Origin: Sphingomonadales bacterium
GTDB taxonomy: Bacteria > Pseudomonadota > Alphaproteobacteria > Sphingomonadales > Sphingomonadaceae
NCBI GenBank assembly: GCA_016720115.1
Contig: JADJXT010000001.1
Location: forward strand, 330,806 to 394,805
DNA: 64,000 nt
Direction: 5' to 3'
Below are positions 46,158-54,762 of the stretch, piece after piece; the first letter of the stretch is position 1; each line of letters begins with the position of its first letter. The translations under genes and the position numbers were made by a program. The notes under the pieces are model-generated. The model searched no databases and was not told the DNA's origin. It saw only the letters and a list, made by a program, of their open reading frames with translations.

Positions 46158-47606
46158 TTGCCTGATCCCGTTTTTCTCGCAGCGCAGACAAGGTCCGTTT
46201 TGTCCAATATCCGTTCCTCTGGCGGTAAGCCGTCTCCACTATTCTGGGTCTTGGGTGCGTTTCTCGTGCTGCTCTTCGCAACAGGAGGCGCATCGCGCAC
46301 CGATGTTCAGTCGCTGGTGATTCTGCGACCCGCTTCAGTCATTGTCTGCGCAATGGCGTTGATGACACTGCGGCAGGAGCATCCGGCAGGGCGTAAGTGG
46401 CTGCTGGGCTCATTTGTAGCTGTTTTTGGTCTGGCGCTCCTGCATGTGATTCCGCTCCCTCCTGCGTTATGGCAGTCGCTCGCAGGCAGGCAGGATTTGG
46501 TCGACGTCGAGAAATTGGCTGGGCTGTCCGACATTTGGCGGCCGTTGGCGCTGGCGCCGATGAATGGCTGGCATGCCTTGCTGTCGCTATTTGTCCCGCT
46601 CGCCGTGCTTCTCCTCGGCATTCAGCTCAATCGCGACGATTTGTTCCGCCTGCTGCCGCTTCTCATAGCGTTAGCAGGCATCTCGGGGCTTTTGGGTTTG
46701 TTGCAGGCAATCGGCGATCCGCAGAGCGCGCTATATTTTTACAGGATAACGAATAATGGCTCGGCCGTGGGCCTGTTCGCCAACCGTAATCACGCCGCGA
46801 CCTTGCTGGCGTGTCTGTTTCCAATGTTGTCGCTCTTCGCATCGACGGCGAAAGGAACGAATGACGAGGTGCGCTTGCGGCAGTTGGTCGCTGCAGCAAT
46901 CGCCATCGTTCTCGTTCCCTTGATCCTGGTGACAGGTTCGCGTTCCGGACTGGTGAGCGCGGTCATTGGCATCTTAGGTGCCTGCCTCCTCTACCGTCGC
47001 CCGACCGATGTTCGCACCGTTCGCAGAGGCTCGCCGGATCGGATAAAGGTGGTTCCGATCCTTGGGGGCCTTGCTGTCATTAGTCTCGGATTCCTTACCT
47101 TTTTCTTTTCGCGTGCAGAGGCCATCGAAAGGCTTTTTGCTGCAGCGTCCGGGGAGGATAGCCGTACAGATTTTTGGGTCGTCTCGCTCGATCTTTTCTG
47201 GAAATATTTCCCCTGGGGTTCGGGCTCCGGTTCCTTTGTTGAGGCTTTCCAGATCATCGAGCCGACCTATTTGCTCGACGCTACCTATCTCAATCGTGCC
47301 CATAATGACTGGGTGGAAATAGCTGTCACCTTCGGTTTGGCGGGCGTGATCGGTCTGGCGCTCGCCTCTGCCGCATTTTTCTGGCGCAGCTACAATCTCT
47401 GGCGCAACGCCGATAGGGGACGTCGATATGTCGCTTTTGGCCGACTTGCCTCTGTTTGCATCGCCATGATCGCCATCGCCAGCATATCTGATTATCCTTT
47501 GCGAACACCGACAATGATGGGCGTTTTTGCAATTTTCGCACTATGGTTCACCGAAAGCGGTCGCGAGCGGTCAATATCGGGTTCGACCGATCGGGGAGGG
47601 ACCTGA
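46158..47606 (+). CDS. O-antigen ligase / Wzy_C-domain family polytopic membrane protein
   Basis: More than 10 TM spans, FANRNHAATLLACLFPML and the loop motif NRAHNDWVEIAVTFGLAG. The listed start is TTG, so the true start is uncertain. Confidence 0.75.
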   Translation: MPDPVFLAAQTRSVLSNIRSSGGKPSPLFWVLGAFLVLLFATGGASRTDVQSLVILRPASVIVCAMALMTLRQEHPAGRKWLLGSFVAVFGLALLHVIPLPPALWQSLAGRQDLVDVEKLAGLSDIWRPLALAPMNGWHALLSLFVPLAVLLLGIQLNRDDLFRLLPLLIALAGISGLLGLLQAIGDPQSALYFYRITNNGSAVGLFANRNHAATLLACLFPMLSLFASTAKGTNDEVRLRQLVAAAIAIVLVPLILVTGSRSGLVSAVIGILGACLLYRRPTDVRTVRRGSPDRIKVVPILGGLAVISLGFLTFFFSRAEAIERLFAAASGEDSRTDFWVVSLDLFWKYFPWGSGSGSFVEAFQIIEPTYLLDATYLNRAHNDWVEIAVTFGLAGVIGLALASAAFFWRSYNLWRNADRGRRYVAFGRLASVCIAMIAIASISDYPLRTPTMMGVFAIFALWFTESGRERSISGSTDRGGT

Positions 47607-47609
47607 CAC

Positions 47610-48851
47610 ATGGCTCGCCCCAAGAAACCCAATGCCATTTTGACAGGTCTCCATTCGATTGGCATCGGGCGCATTGTCGCCTTGAGCGCGCTTGGTCTGG
47701 TCGGCGCCTGGTTTGCGGCGGCACTTGCCATATCCGGCGTCGCCCGGATCAAGGCGCCGCAAGCTGCGCTTATGGCTATGCCGAATGAAAGCATGGCTCT
47801 TGCATCGCGAGCGGACCAGATCTTCTTCGCAAATCCAAAGAGTCCGCCTCGCGAAGTTGAGTTGTTAGCACTTAAGGCACTGGAAAATCAGGCTATAAAT
47901 GCCAAGGCCTTGCGAGTTCTTGGCTACGTCGCCGACGCAAAGGGCGACATTGAGACGGCAGAAAATTATGCTCGCATGGCTGCCAAATTGTCACGCCGCG
48001 AGCCGGGAGCACAACTCTGGTTGGTTGAGGCATCGGCCCGTAAGGGTGATGTAGCACAGACGCTGGTTCACTATGACATTGCGCTGCGCACCAAGCCTGA
48101 CACGCAAACGATCCTATTCCCGCGTCTTTTGAACGCCATCGAAGATCGCGAGATTCGGGTTGCGCTCAAGCCCTATATCCGCGCCAAAAATGGCTGGGGC
48201 CCCGCTTTTCTCTTTTTCGCCAATAACAACAGCAAGAACTTGCCGGCGCTGGTCGATCTGGTTGTCGAGACAGGCGGTCTGGTTGACGAAGAGAGCGCAA
48301 AGAACCAGGAGTTGGGTCTGCTCGGCAGGCTGGTAGCCGAGAGCTTCTTCGCCGATGCGCGTCGGCTTTACCTGCAGATGCCAGGTGCAAAACCGGCTCG
48401 GCTAGCAAGTACCACATTTGATAACAGCGACCGCGATGCACGCTTTGGCTCCATTGGTTGGCAATTGCTCGAGGATCCGGATGCGGGCGGCGGCTTTACA
48501 GGCAATGCTGGTGACAGGCAGACGATGTTGGCGATCTATGCCAATTCAGCAACGACGCGACCGGTTGCCACAAAGCTGCTGTACCTGAAACCGGGCAAGT
48601 ATCTGTTTTCGGTGCGCCTTACCAACCTCGACCGCGGCGATGGCGGTTTCCTCCGCTGGCAATTGCGCTGCCCGGCCATACCGTCTGCGCCAGTTTGGAC
48701 GATCGACAGCATCAACGCTTCGCTTCGCGCAGAATTGGCGGTGCCCGCAAATTGCCCCGTACAATTCCTCGACCTCATCGCGTCGGGCGGCAAAGGGCAA
48801 ACAGGCCTTGAGGCGACGGTCGCTTCAGTCGCTGTTTCTCCAGCCAGTTGA
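47610..48851 (+). CDS. Membrane-anchored hypothetical protein with TPR-like helical repeats and an uncharacterised C-terminal domain
   Basis: One N-terminal TM (IGRIVALSALGLVGAWFAAALAI) and TPR-like segments (ALRVLGYVADAKGDIETAENYARMAAKL..AQLWLVEASARKGDVAQTLVHYDIALR). Its start lies 4 nt after the ligase-family gene stop. No family was recognised for the last ~170 aa. Confidence 0.5.
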   Translation: MARPKKPNAILTGLHSIGIGRIVALSALGLVGAWFAAALAISGVARIKAPQAALMAMPNESMALASRADQIFFANPKSPPREVELLALKALENQAINAKALRVLGYVADAKGDIETAENYARMAAKLSRREPGAQLWLVEASARKGDVAQTLVHYDIALRTKPDTQTILFPRLLNAIEDREIRVALKPYIRAKNGWGPAFLFFANNNSKNLPALVDLVVETGGLVDEESAKNQELGLLGRLVAESFFADARRLYLQMPGAKPARLASTTFDNSDRDARFGSIGWQLLEDPDAGGGFTGNAGDRQTMLAIYANSATTRPVATKLLYLKPGKYLFSVRLTNLDRGDGGFLRWQLRCPAIPSAPVWTIDSINASLRAELAVPANCPVQFLDLIASGGKGQTGLEATVASVAVSPAS

Positions 48852-48863
48852 AGGGCAAGGCTG

Positions 48864-49883
48864 ATGGAACGCAGGCGCATATTCATTACCGGCACGGCTG
48901 GGTTTATCGGCTATCATCTCGCTGAACTCCTGCTCGCGCAGGGGCACATCGTCGACGGCTATGATGGCCTGACCGATTATTATGATGTGAGCCTCAAGCA
49001 ACGCCGTCATGCGATGCTCAACCAGCATGAAGGCTTTTCCGCAACTGAAGCGATGCTCGAGAACCAGGAGCAGCTTCAATCGAGCATTTTGTCTTTCCAG
49101 CCGGATGTAATCGTCCATTTGGCGGCGCAAGCCGGCGTGCGCTACAGTATCGACAATCCGCGCGCTTATCTCGACGCCAATATTGTCGGAACTTTCAATG
49201 TAATGGAAGCTGCACGAATGGTGGGTGTTGAGCACCTCCTGATGGCATCGACTTCAAGCGTTTACGGCGCGAACACCCAAATGCCTTTCACCGAGACCGA
49301 GCGCGTCGCAACGCCGCTCACTTTCTACGCTGCCTCCAAGCTTGCCAACGAGGCGATGGGGCACAGCTATGCGCATATCTATAACCAGCCCATCACCATG
49401 TTCCGCTTCTTCACAGTCTATGGGCCTTGGGGCCGCCCGGACATGGCCTATTTCAAATTCGCGCGTAACATCATCGACGGGAAGCCCATCGATATTTACA
49501 ATAATGGTGACATGTGGCGCGATTTCACCTATGTCGAGGATCTCGTTCGCGGCATTGCGGGCCTCATAGACGCAGTCCCACAGCGTCTCGAAAAGCCGGA
49601 GGACATTGCGACCGGTGACAGCCTGAGCCCCGCCGCCCCCTTCCGCGTCGTCAACATTGGCAATTCGGAAAAGGTCCGCCTCATGGACTTCATCGATGCC
49701 ATCGAGGTCGAGATCGGCAAGAAGGCCATCCGCAACTATATGCCCATGCAGCAGGGCGATGTGCCTGCAACCTGGGCGGATGCCTCGTTGCTCCAGTCAC
49801 TGACCGGCTACCGGCCGCAGACGCCTTTCCGCGAGGGCGTGGAGCGCTTTGTACGCTGGTATCGCGATTATTATGAGCGTTGA
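48864..49883 (+). CDS. UDP-glucuronate 4-epimerase (SDR, LpsL/Cap1J-type)
   Basis: IFITGTAGFIGYHL, DYYDVSLKQ, YAASKLANEAMGHSY and RFFTVYGPWGRPDMAYFKF..GKPIDIYNNGDMWRDFTY. Confidence 0.85.
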   Translation: MERRRIFITGTAGFIGYHLAELLLAQGHIVDGYDGLTDYYDVSLKQRRHAMLNQHEGFSATEAMLENQEQLQSSILSFQPDVIVHLAAQAGVRYSIDNPRAYLDANIVGTFNVMEAARMVGVEHLLMASTSSVYGANTQMPFTETERVATPLTFYAASKLANEAMGHSYAHIYNQPITMFRFFTVYGPWGRPDMAYFKFARNIIDGKPIDIYNNGDMWRDFTYVEDLVRGIAGLIDAVPQRLEKPEDIATGDSLSPAAPFRVVNIGNSEKVRLMDFIDAIEVEIGKKAIRNYMPMQQGDVPATWADASLLQSLTGYRPQTPFREGVERFVRWYRDYYER

Positions 49884-49910
49884 ACTTTAGAATCCCACAG
49901 GAAATCCATA

Positions 49911-49964
49911 ATGAAAATCGCGATGATCGGATCGGGCTATGTTGGCCTGGTATCGGGGGTGTAA
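49911..49964 (+). pseudogene. ugd: 5-prime remnant (17 codons) of UDP-glucose 6-dehydrogenase
   Basis: MKIAMIGSGYVGLVSGV-stop is the canonical NAD-fold N-terminus of Ugd. The reading frame ends where the IS-related sequence begins. Confidence 0.7.
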
Positions 49965-50770
49965 GCGCCATTTAGAAATGGCACCCCTCTGCTAGGTTTC
50001 GTGGACAAAGGTTGACATGGGGCTCGGAGGTTGATTCAAGGCTGTCTTTTGGGAGGCAGCTTTGGGCGAGCGGATTGGGTTATCGGACGATGAGTGGGCA
50101 TTGATCGGGCCATTGCTACCTTCTGAGCGAGGTCGGGGCTGCCGTCCTGCGCAGGATAACCGGCTGTATTTTGAAGGCATGATGTGGATGGCGCGGACGG
50201 GCGCGCAATGGCGTCAGTTGCCCGACGAATATGGCAAGTGGAACAGCGTCTTCCGCCGCTACCGACGATGGGTCGAGACCGGCGTGTTCGACGCGATGCT
50301 CGAAACGCTGGCGGAACTGGCGGAGCGAGACGCCACCGCCGACATGATCGACAGCACCGTGGTCCGGGCACATCATTGTGCAGTCGGCATAAAAAGGGGA
50401 CTCAGGAAGCCGAGGCGCTTGGCCGATCGCGTGGTGGCTTCACCACCAAACTCCACGCCCGGTGCGATGCCAAAGGCCGCCCGCTCGGCTTCGTACTGAC
50501 GCCCGGCCAGACCCACGACATCAATGGTTTTGCGCCGCTCTTCCGGATGATTACCGACAAGATCGAGGCGTTCCTGGCGGACAAGGGCTATGATGCCGAT
50601 GCCATCCGCGACGAGATCGCCAGGGCCGGGGTCGAGGCCGTCATCCCCGCCAAAAGCAATCGCAAAACGCCCGCGCCGCACGACCGGGGAAAGTATCGCT
50701 GGCGCAACCTCGTCGAGCGCCTGTTCAACAAGCTCAAGAACTGGCGCAGGGTCGCAAACCGATACGACAC
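49965..50770 (+). mobile_element. IS5-family (IS427-group-like) element, 3-prime truncated
   Basis: Two-frame transposase with an A-run slippery site. The left boundary is only approximate (49962-50000). The protein diverges from the family pattern right after ..NWRRVANRYD, so the right inverted repeat appears to be missing. Confidence 0.75.
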
Positions 50771-50807
50771 CAGCCAGATGCTGGACGGACAAGTCCAATT
50801 TTTGTAG
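50062..50807 (+). CDS. IS5-family DDE transposase OrfAB, requiring a -1 frameshift near 50389-50397; aberrant C-terminus
   Basis: TTG 50062 follows GGGAGG. OrfA reads LSDDEWALIGPLLP...WRQLPDEYGKWNSVFRRYRRW. A shift on ATAAAAAGG gives ..CAVGIKKGTQEAEALGRSRGGFTTKLH.., ADKGYDADAIR, and RNLVERLFNKLKNWRRVANRYD. The expected ~30 further residues are replaced by TSQMLDGQVQFL-stop. Confidence 0.8.
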
Positions 50808-50901
50808 TTAGCTGTTCAAACTTACATATGATCCGGTTCAGCGGCGCGTGCGACACTTTCGTTCATCGTTGCAATACCGAATCTTACCCCTAGGATGAAA
50901 C

Positions 50902-51954
50902 ATGCACATACTAGACCGCCATATCTCACCGTCCGAACGGCCTTATGTCATCGCCGAAGTTTCGGCCAATCACGGTGGCGAACTAAACCGGGCGCTCGAC
51001 ATGGTTGCTGCCGCTGCAGAAGCTGGGGCAAGTGCGGTAAAGTTTCAAACCTACACGGCGGACACCATTACCATCAAATGCGATCGCCCCGAATTTCGCA
51101 TTGAGAACCCGGACAGTTTGTGGAGCGGACGCACGCTCCATGACCTTTACGATGAAGCGCATATGCCCTGGGAATGGCATGCCCAATTGTTCGAAGAAGC
51201 GCGCCGGCAGGGCATTCATTCCTTTTCAAGCGCCTTTGATGAAACGGCCGTCGATTTTCTCGAGGCGCTCGATGCGCCTTGCTATAAGATTGCCTCTTTC
51301 GAGCATACATTCATTCCCTTGCTCGAAAAAGTCGCCGAAACGAAAAAGCCAATCATCGTGTCGTGCGGATTGGCAACGATGGACGATATTAGAGAGACCA
51401 CCCAAGCTTTGCGGAACGCAGCTTCTGGTCCGGTCTGCTTGCTCGCCTGTACCAGCAACTATCCCGCAGCTATCGAAGATAGCAACTTGAGGCGCATTCC
51501 GGCGCTCAGGGCCGCCTTTCCCGATTGTCAGATCGGATTGTCGGACCATACAATCGGAAATACGGCCGCCATCGCTGCAGTCGCGCTAGGTGCATGCGTC
51601 TTTGAAAAGCATTTCAAGCTTGCGGATGACAATAGTTCGGTTGACGCCGCCTTTTCAGCTACGCCTGAAGAGCTGCGCGATTACGTCAATGCAATCAACG
51701 ATGCCTGGTCTGCATTGGGGAAAGCCAAATTTGGCCCGGCCAGCGCAGCAGAGGCGCAATCGTCCCAATTTCGCCGATCAATCTATGTCGTTGCCGACAT
51801 AGAAGCAGGCGAGGCGTTTACCACAGAGAATATCCGTTGCATCCGGCCGGGGCTTGGCTTGCATAGCAAGCATTTCAAATCGGTTCTCGGGAAGACGGCG
51901 ACGCGCGCTATTGCATATGGTTCGCCGCTCAGCCTCGAACTCGTCTCTAACTGA
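50902..51954 (+). CDS. pseI: Pseudaminic acid synthase (NeuB-family nonulosonic acid synthase)
   Basis: YVIAEVSANHGG, AVKFQTYTADT, FSSAFDETAVDFLE, YKIASFE, and a C-terminal SAF/antifreeze-like domain. The Pse rather than Neu/Leg assignment relies on the neighbouring pseB/C/F/G/H genes. Confidence 0.8.
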   Translation: MHILDRHISPSERPYVIAEVSANHGGELNRALDMVAAAAEAGASAVKFQTYTADTITIKCDRPEFRIENPDSLWSGRTLHDLYDEAHMPWEWHAQLFEEARRQGIHSFSSAFDETAVDFLEALDAPCYKIASFEHTFIPLLEKVAETKKPIIVSCGLATMDDIRETTQALRNAASGPVCLLACTSNYPAAIEDSNLRRIPALRAAFPDCQIGLSDHTIGNTAAIAAVALGACVFEKHFKLADDNSSVDAAFSATPEELRDYVNAINDAWSALGKAKFGPASAAEAQSSQFRRSIYVVADIEAGEAFTTENIRCIRPGLGLHSKHFKSVLGKTATRAIAYGSPLSLELVSN

Positions 51955-53350
51955 GATAGGACAGAATTTTTACTGCCGCAGCCTGTTCAAGCGCGGTTTT
52001 ATCGGTGCCGTAAGAGGCATCGTAGCTTCGCATAACCGCGCGCCAGCCGGAGTTCGCATAGAATGCCTGCAGCTGGAAATACAGATCGTTGTTCCAGCCA
52101 TCCGTTTCATACACCAGATTCTGCTCTACAAAACCGTTATAGTCATAGTTGAGGGCATCAAGAGCATCCATATAAGCAACAGGCCGTCCACCCCGCAGTA
52201 TATTCATGGCAACACCGCTATTGCCGCAGAAAACCAGGTCGCAGGCGGTGATCTCTTCATCGAGAGGGTTTCCAAGGGTAATTTCGAGATTGTTGTAACG
52301 CGCAACAAGATCAGAAAAATCGGACTTGAGCAGGCCAACGGGATGGTTGCGTATCAATATCTCAGGCTGCGGCTGGCAGACACTGATCGCCTCAACCAGT
52401 GCCGAAACCGTTTCCGGGCGCGTAAGCGCCGTCAGGAAAATGCCGACCTTTTGTATGGATGCGCGCCATTCCATCGGGCGGGCCGCTCCAGGCTGCCCTA
52501 CTAGCACGACGGCCGCGCTGCACCGGCTGTGGCGTTCATAAGTTCTTCGGATCGCGTCACCGTAAAATACCGCGCAATCGGCGAGCACAGGCGGCACCAA
52601 TGCCCCATTCGCCGGAACAGGTGCATGGTTGAAATATATGACTTTGCGCCCAGCCTTATGGGCTGCTGCCGCAAGCCCCAGCGCCTCGGGGCTGTAATTG
52701 CTTGCAACAATCACCGCCTTCAGTCGGGTGTTCTGCTCCAACAGCAGTGAGAAGCAGATATAATATGCTAGTCCGCTGGCAATGCGGGCCGATGGCATGA
52801 AACTATATGCCTGCGCGAGTTGTGAAAGAAATGGCCATAATCGGACCGCTCGTCGCGTAAAATTTATTGCCGTGCGAAATTGACCCTTGTTCAGGATATG
52901 CCCTCGTTTCAGAGACAGGCGATGTATCTCTTGTCCTGGCACGAAAGCAGCAAAGCGCTCAATTGTATGGCGTTCGTTATCAAAATTGGCAATCGCGATC
53001 GCCGCAGCATTGCCGGAATCGCGTGGGCCGATCGAAACGGCGCATTTCAGCATGTACAGAAACAGAACCAATGGCTTCAGAACTTTTGAGTCCAAGCCTG
53101 CATAGAGTGCGTCGACTATCCGGTAGAGTGGATTCTTGTTCTTTATCTCGGTAAAAACCGCGCCACGCGTTGCAGACGTTTCCATGCGACGGATAATCCG
53201 CAGCGCCACTGCCAGATTGTAACGCTCGCGAGGGCGCTCGAGGGTGGCCTCGCACGTTGCCTCAAGGGGCTCGTATTCGGAGAGTTCCGTCCAGTTGAAG
53301 TTAGTATAGTCCACGATATCTCTTCCAAGCCTAGCTCGCGGTTCCAACAA
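51947..53350 (-). CDS. Hypothetical protein with KpsS/Capsule_synth-like C-terminal motifs; candidate CMP-ulosonic-acid (pseudaminyl) transferase
   Basis: 467 aa, no TM. EILIRNHPVG.. and LVFCGNSGVAMNILRGGRPVAYMDALDALNYDYNGF resemble the KpsS blocks (..VIKHHP.. and ..VVTINSTAGISAL..KP..G.ALYD..GL) as I remember them. It lies between pseI and the flippase gene. The function is inferred. Confidence 0.45.
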   Translation of the reverse strand: MLEPRARLGRDIVDYTNFNWTELSEYEPLEATCEATLERPRERYNLAVALRIIRRMETSATRGAVFTEIKNKNPLYRIVDALYAGLDSKVLKPLVLFLYMLKCAVSIGPRDSGNAAAIAIANFDNERHTIERFAAFVPGQEIHRLSLKRGHILNKGQFRTAINFTRRAVRLWPFLSQLAQAYSFMPSARIASGLAYYICFSLLLEQNTRLKAVIVASNYSPEALGLAAAAHKAGRKVIYFNHAPVPANGALVPPVLADCAVFYGDAIRRTYERHSRCSAAVVLVGQPGAARPMEWRASIQKVGIFLTALTRPETVSALVEAISVCQPQPEILIRNHPVGLLKSDFSDLVARYNNLEITLGNPLDEEITACDLVFCGNSGVAMNILRGGRPVAYMDALDALNYDYNGFVEQNLVYETDGWNNDLYFQLQAFYANSGWRAVMRSYDASYGTDKTALEQAAAVKILSYLS

Positions 53351-53469
53351 ACTGCTGGCATCACGACTTGACCCCTATATCGCAGGTAATTGTTAACAAA
53401 TTGGGTTTACGAACTGTTAGCCATAATCATAGCAACCGATGTGGGACTGGGATAGCAATCGTGTCGTCG

Positions 53470-54762
53470 ATGAAACACAGCTTGTTCAAAATGCGGGAAA
53501 AGGGCTATCTGGTGATGCAGTCGCTTTTCTATGCTGTGGCAAACAGCATAGAGGCGCTGGTGCCGTTTCTGCTAGCGCCTATCCTGACGCGCACCCTCAA
53601 CCCGAGCGAATATGGCATCTGGGTTCTCTTTATTACCTACGCTACATTTTTGCGCCCGATCGTCGGATTGACGACTCAGGATGCTATCCGGATGCGCTTT
53701 CTGGACTTTGACCAGAAACAGCTCGATCAGTTCACGCACACCGTGTTGTTCATCATGCTCACGATGGCTGCCATAGTTTCAGCCATTACATTCGCATTCA
53801 GCGGCCCGCTGGCGTCGGCTACAAAATTCCCTGCCAACTGGCTGGTCAGTGTGGTTATCGCCGCTTTCCTCTTTGAAGTATTTTATACTGCGCTTGCCCT
53901 GCTGCAGTTCCACCAGCGTCGCCGGGCCTTCTTGATGACCCAGGTCGTACAGGCGGTATTGAGCATGCTGCTGATATCGGCATTTCTTTATGCTGGCTGG
54001 GATTGGCGTGGTGTTGTTCTTGGACGCATGATCGGCATGGGGATCGCGACGCTGCTATCCTTGCGCTCGCTAGGGTATAGCCCTTCCATTTTCTTCCGTG
54101 TGCCGCAGCGTTCCTTTTATCGGGACATTGCTTCGTTCGGTGTGGTGTACTGGCCGGCCGGCATGGTCATCATGGCAGTTGCCATGACCGATAAGGTTGT
54201 GGCGGCCCATTATCTTGGTGTTTCTGCCAGCGCGATGTACGGCGTCGCCGCGCTGTTTGCGTCAGCCTACTGGATTGTAAATCACAGTTTTGTGCTCGCT
54301 TGGACTCCTTGGCTGTTCAAAAAGCTGAAGGCGTCTTCGGAAGACGGGATGCGCGAAGTCGTTTCGATTTCGATGCTTTATTTTATCCTGGCACCGATTG
54401 CAGCTGTTGCCTTTTATTTCATATCGCTGGTGGTCGCGCCGATCCTGCTTGGCGAAGCGTTCCACAGCGCAATTCCGCTGCTGCGCTATATAATGATAGC
54501 TATCGTTTTGCAGGGCTTCTTTGTTCACAACATGAAATACCTTCACTATGACAAGGATATACGGGTGATGTCCTTGTGCAGTGCGCTTACCATTGCCCTG
54601 AACATTGTGCTTAGCGTGCGCTGGGCGCCGGAAATGGGAATCCGCGGTATCATGCTTGCAACAGTAGTTTCTTTTGGCGCGACATTCCTGATAAGCGGAA
54701 TGATCGTTGTCGCTCGTTTCACCAATTTCCAAGGGGGAGTTAAGTCCGTTGTTTCACGATAA
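53470..54762 (+). CDS. Wzx-type flippase / polysaccharide biosynthesis protein (MOP superfamily), second copy
   Basis: 12-14 TM spans, N-terminus SLFYAVANSIEALVPFLLAPILTRTLNPSEYGIWVLF. The start was chosen at ATG 53470, and the ORF is open from 53368. Confidence 0.75.
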   Translation: MKHSLFKMREKGYLVMQSLFYAVANSIEALVPFLLAPILTRTLNPSEYGIWVLFITYATFLRPIVGLTTQDAIRMRFLDFDQKQLDQFTHTVLFIMLTMAAIVSAITFAFSGPLASATKFPANWLVSVVIAAFLFEVFYTALALLQFHQRRRAFLMTQVVQAVLSMLLISAFLYAGWDWRGVVLGRMIGMGIATLLSLRSLGYSPSIFFRVPQRSFYRDIASFGVVYWPAGMVIMAVAMTDKVVAAHYLGVSASAMYGVAALFASAYWIVNHSFVLAWTPWLFKKLKASSEDGMREVVSISMLYFILAPIAAVAFYFISLVVAPILLGEAFHSAIPLLRYIMIAIVLQGFFVHNMKYLHYDKDIRVMSLCSALTIALNIVLSVRWAPEMGIRGIMLATVVSFGATFLISGMIVVARFTNFQGGVKSVVSR

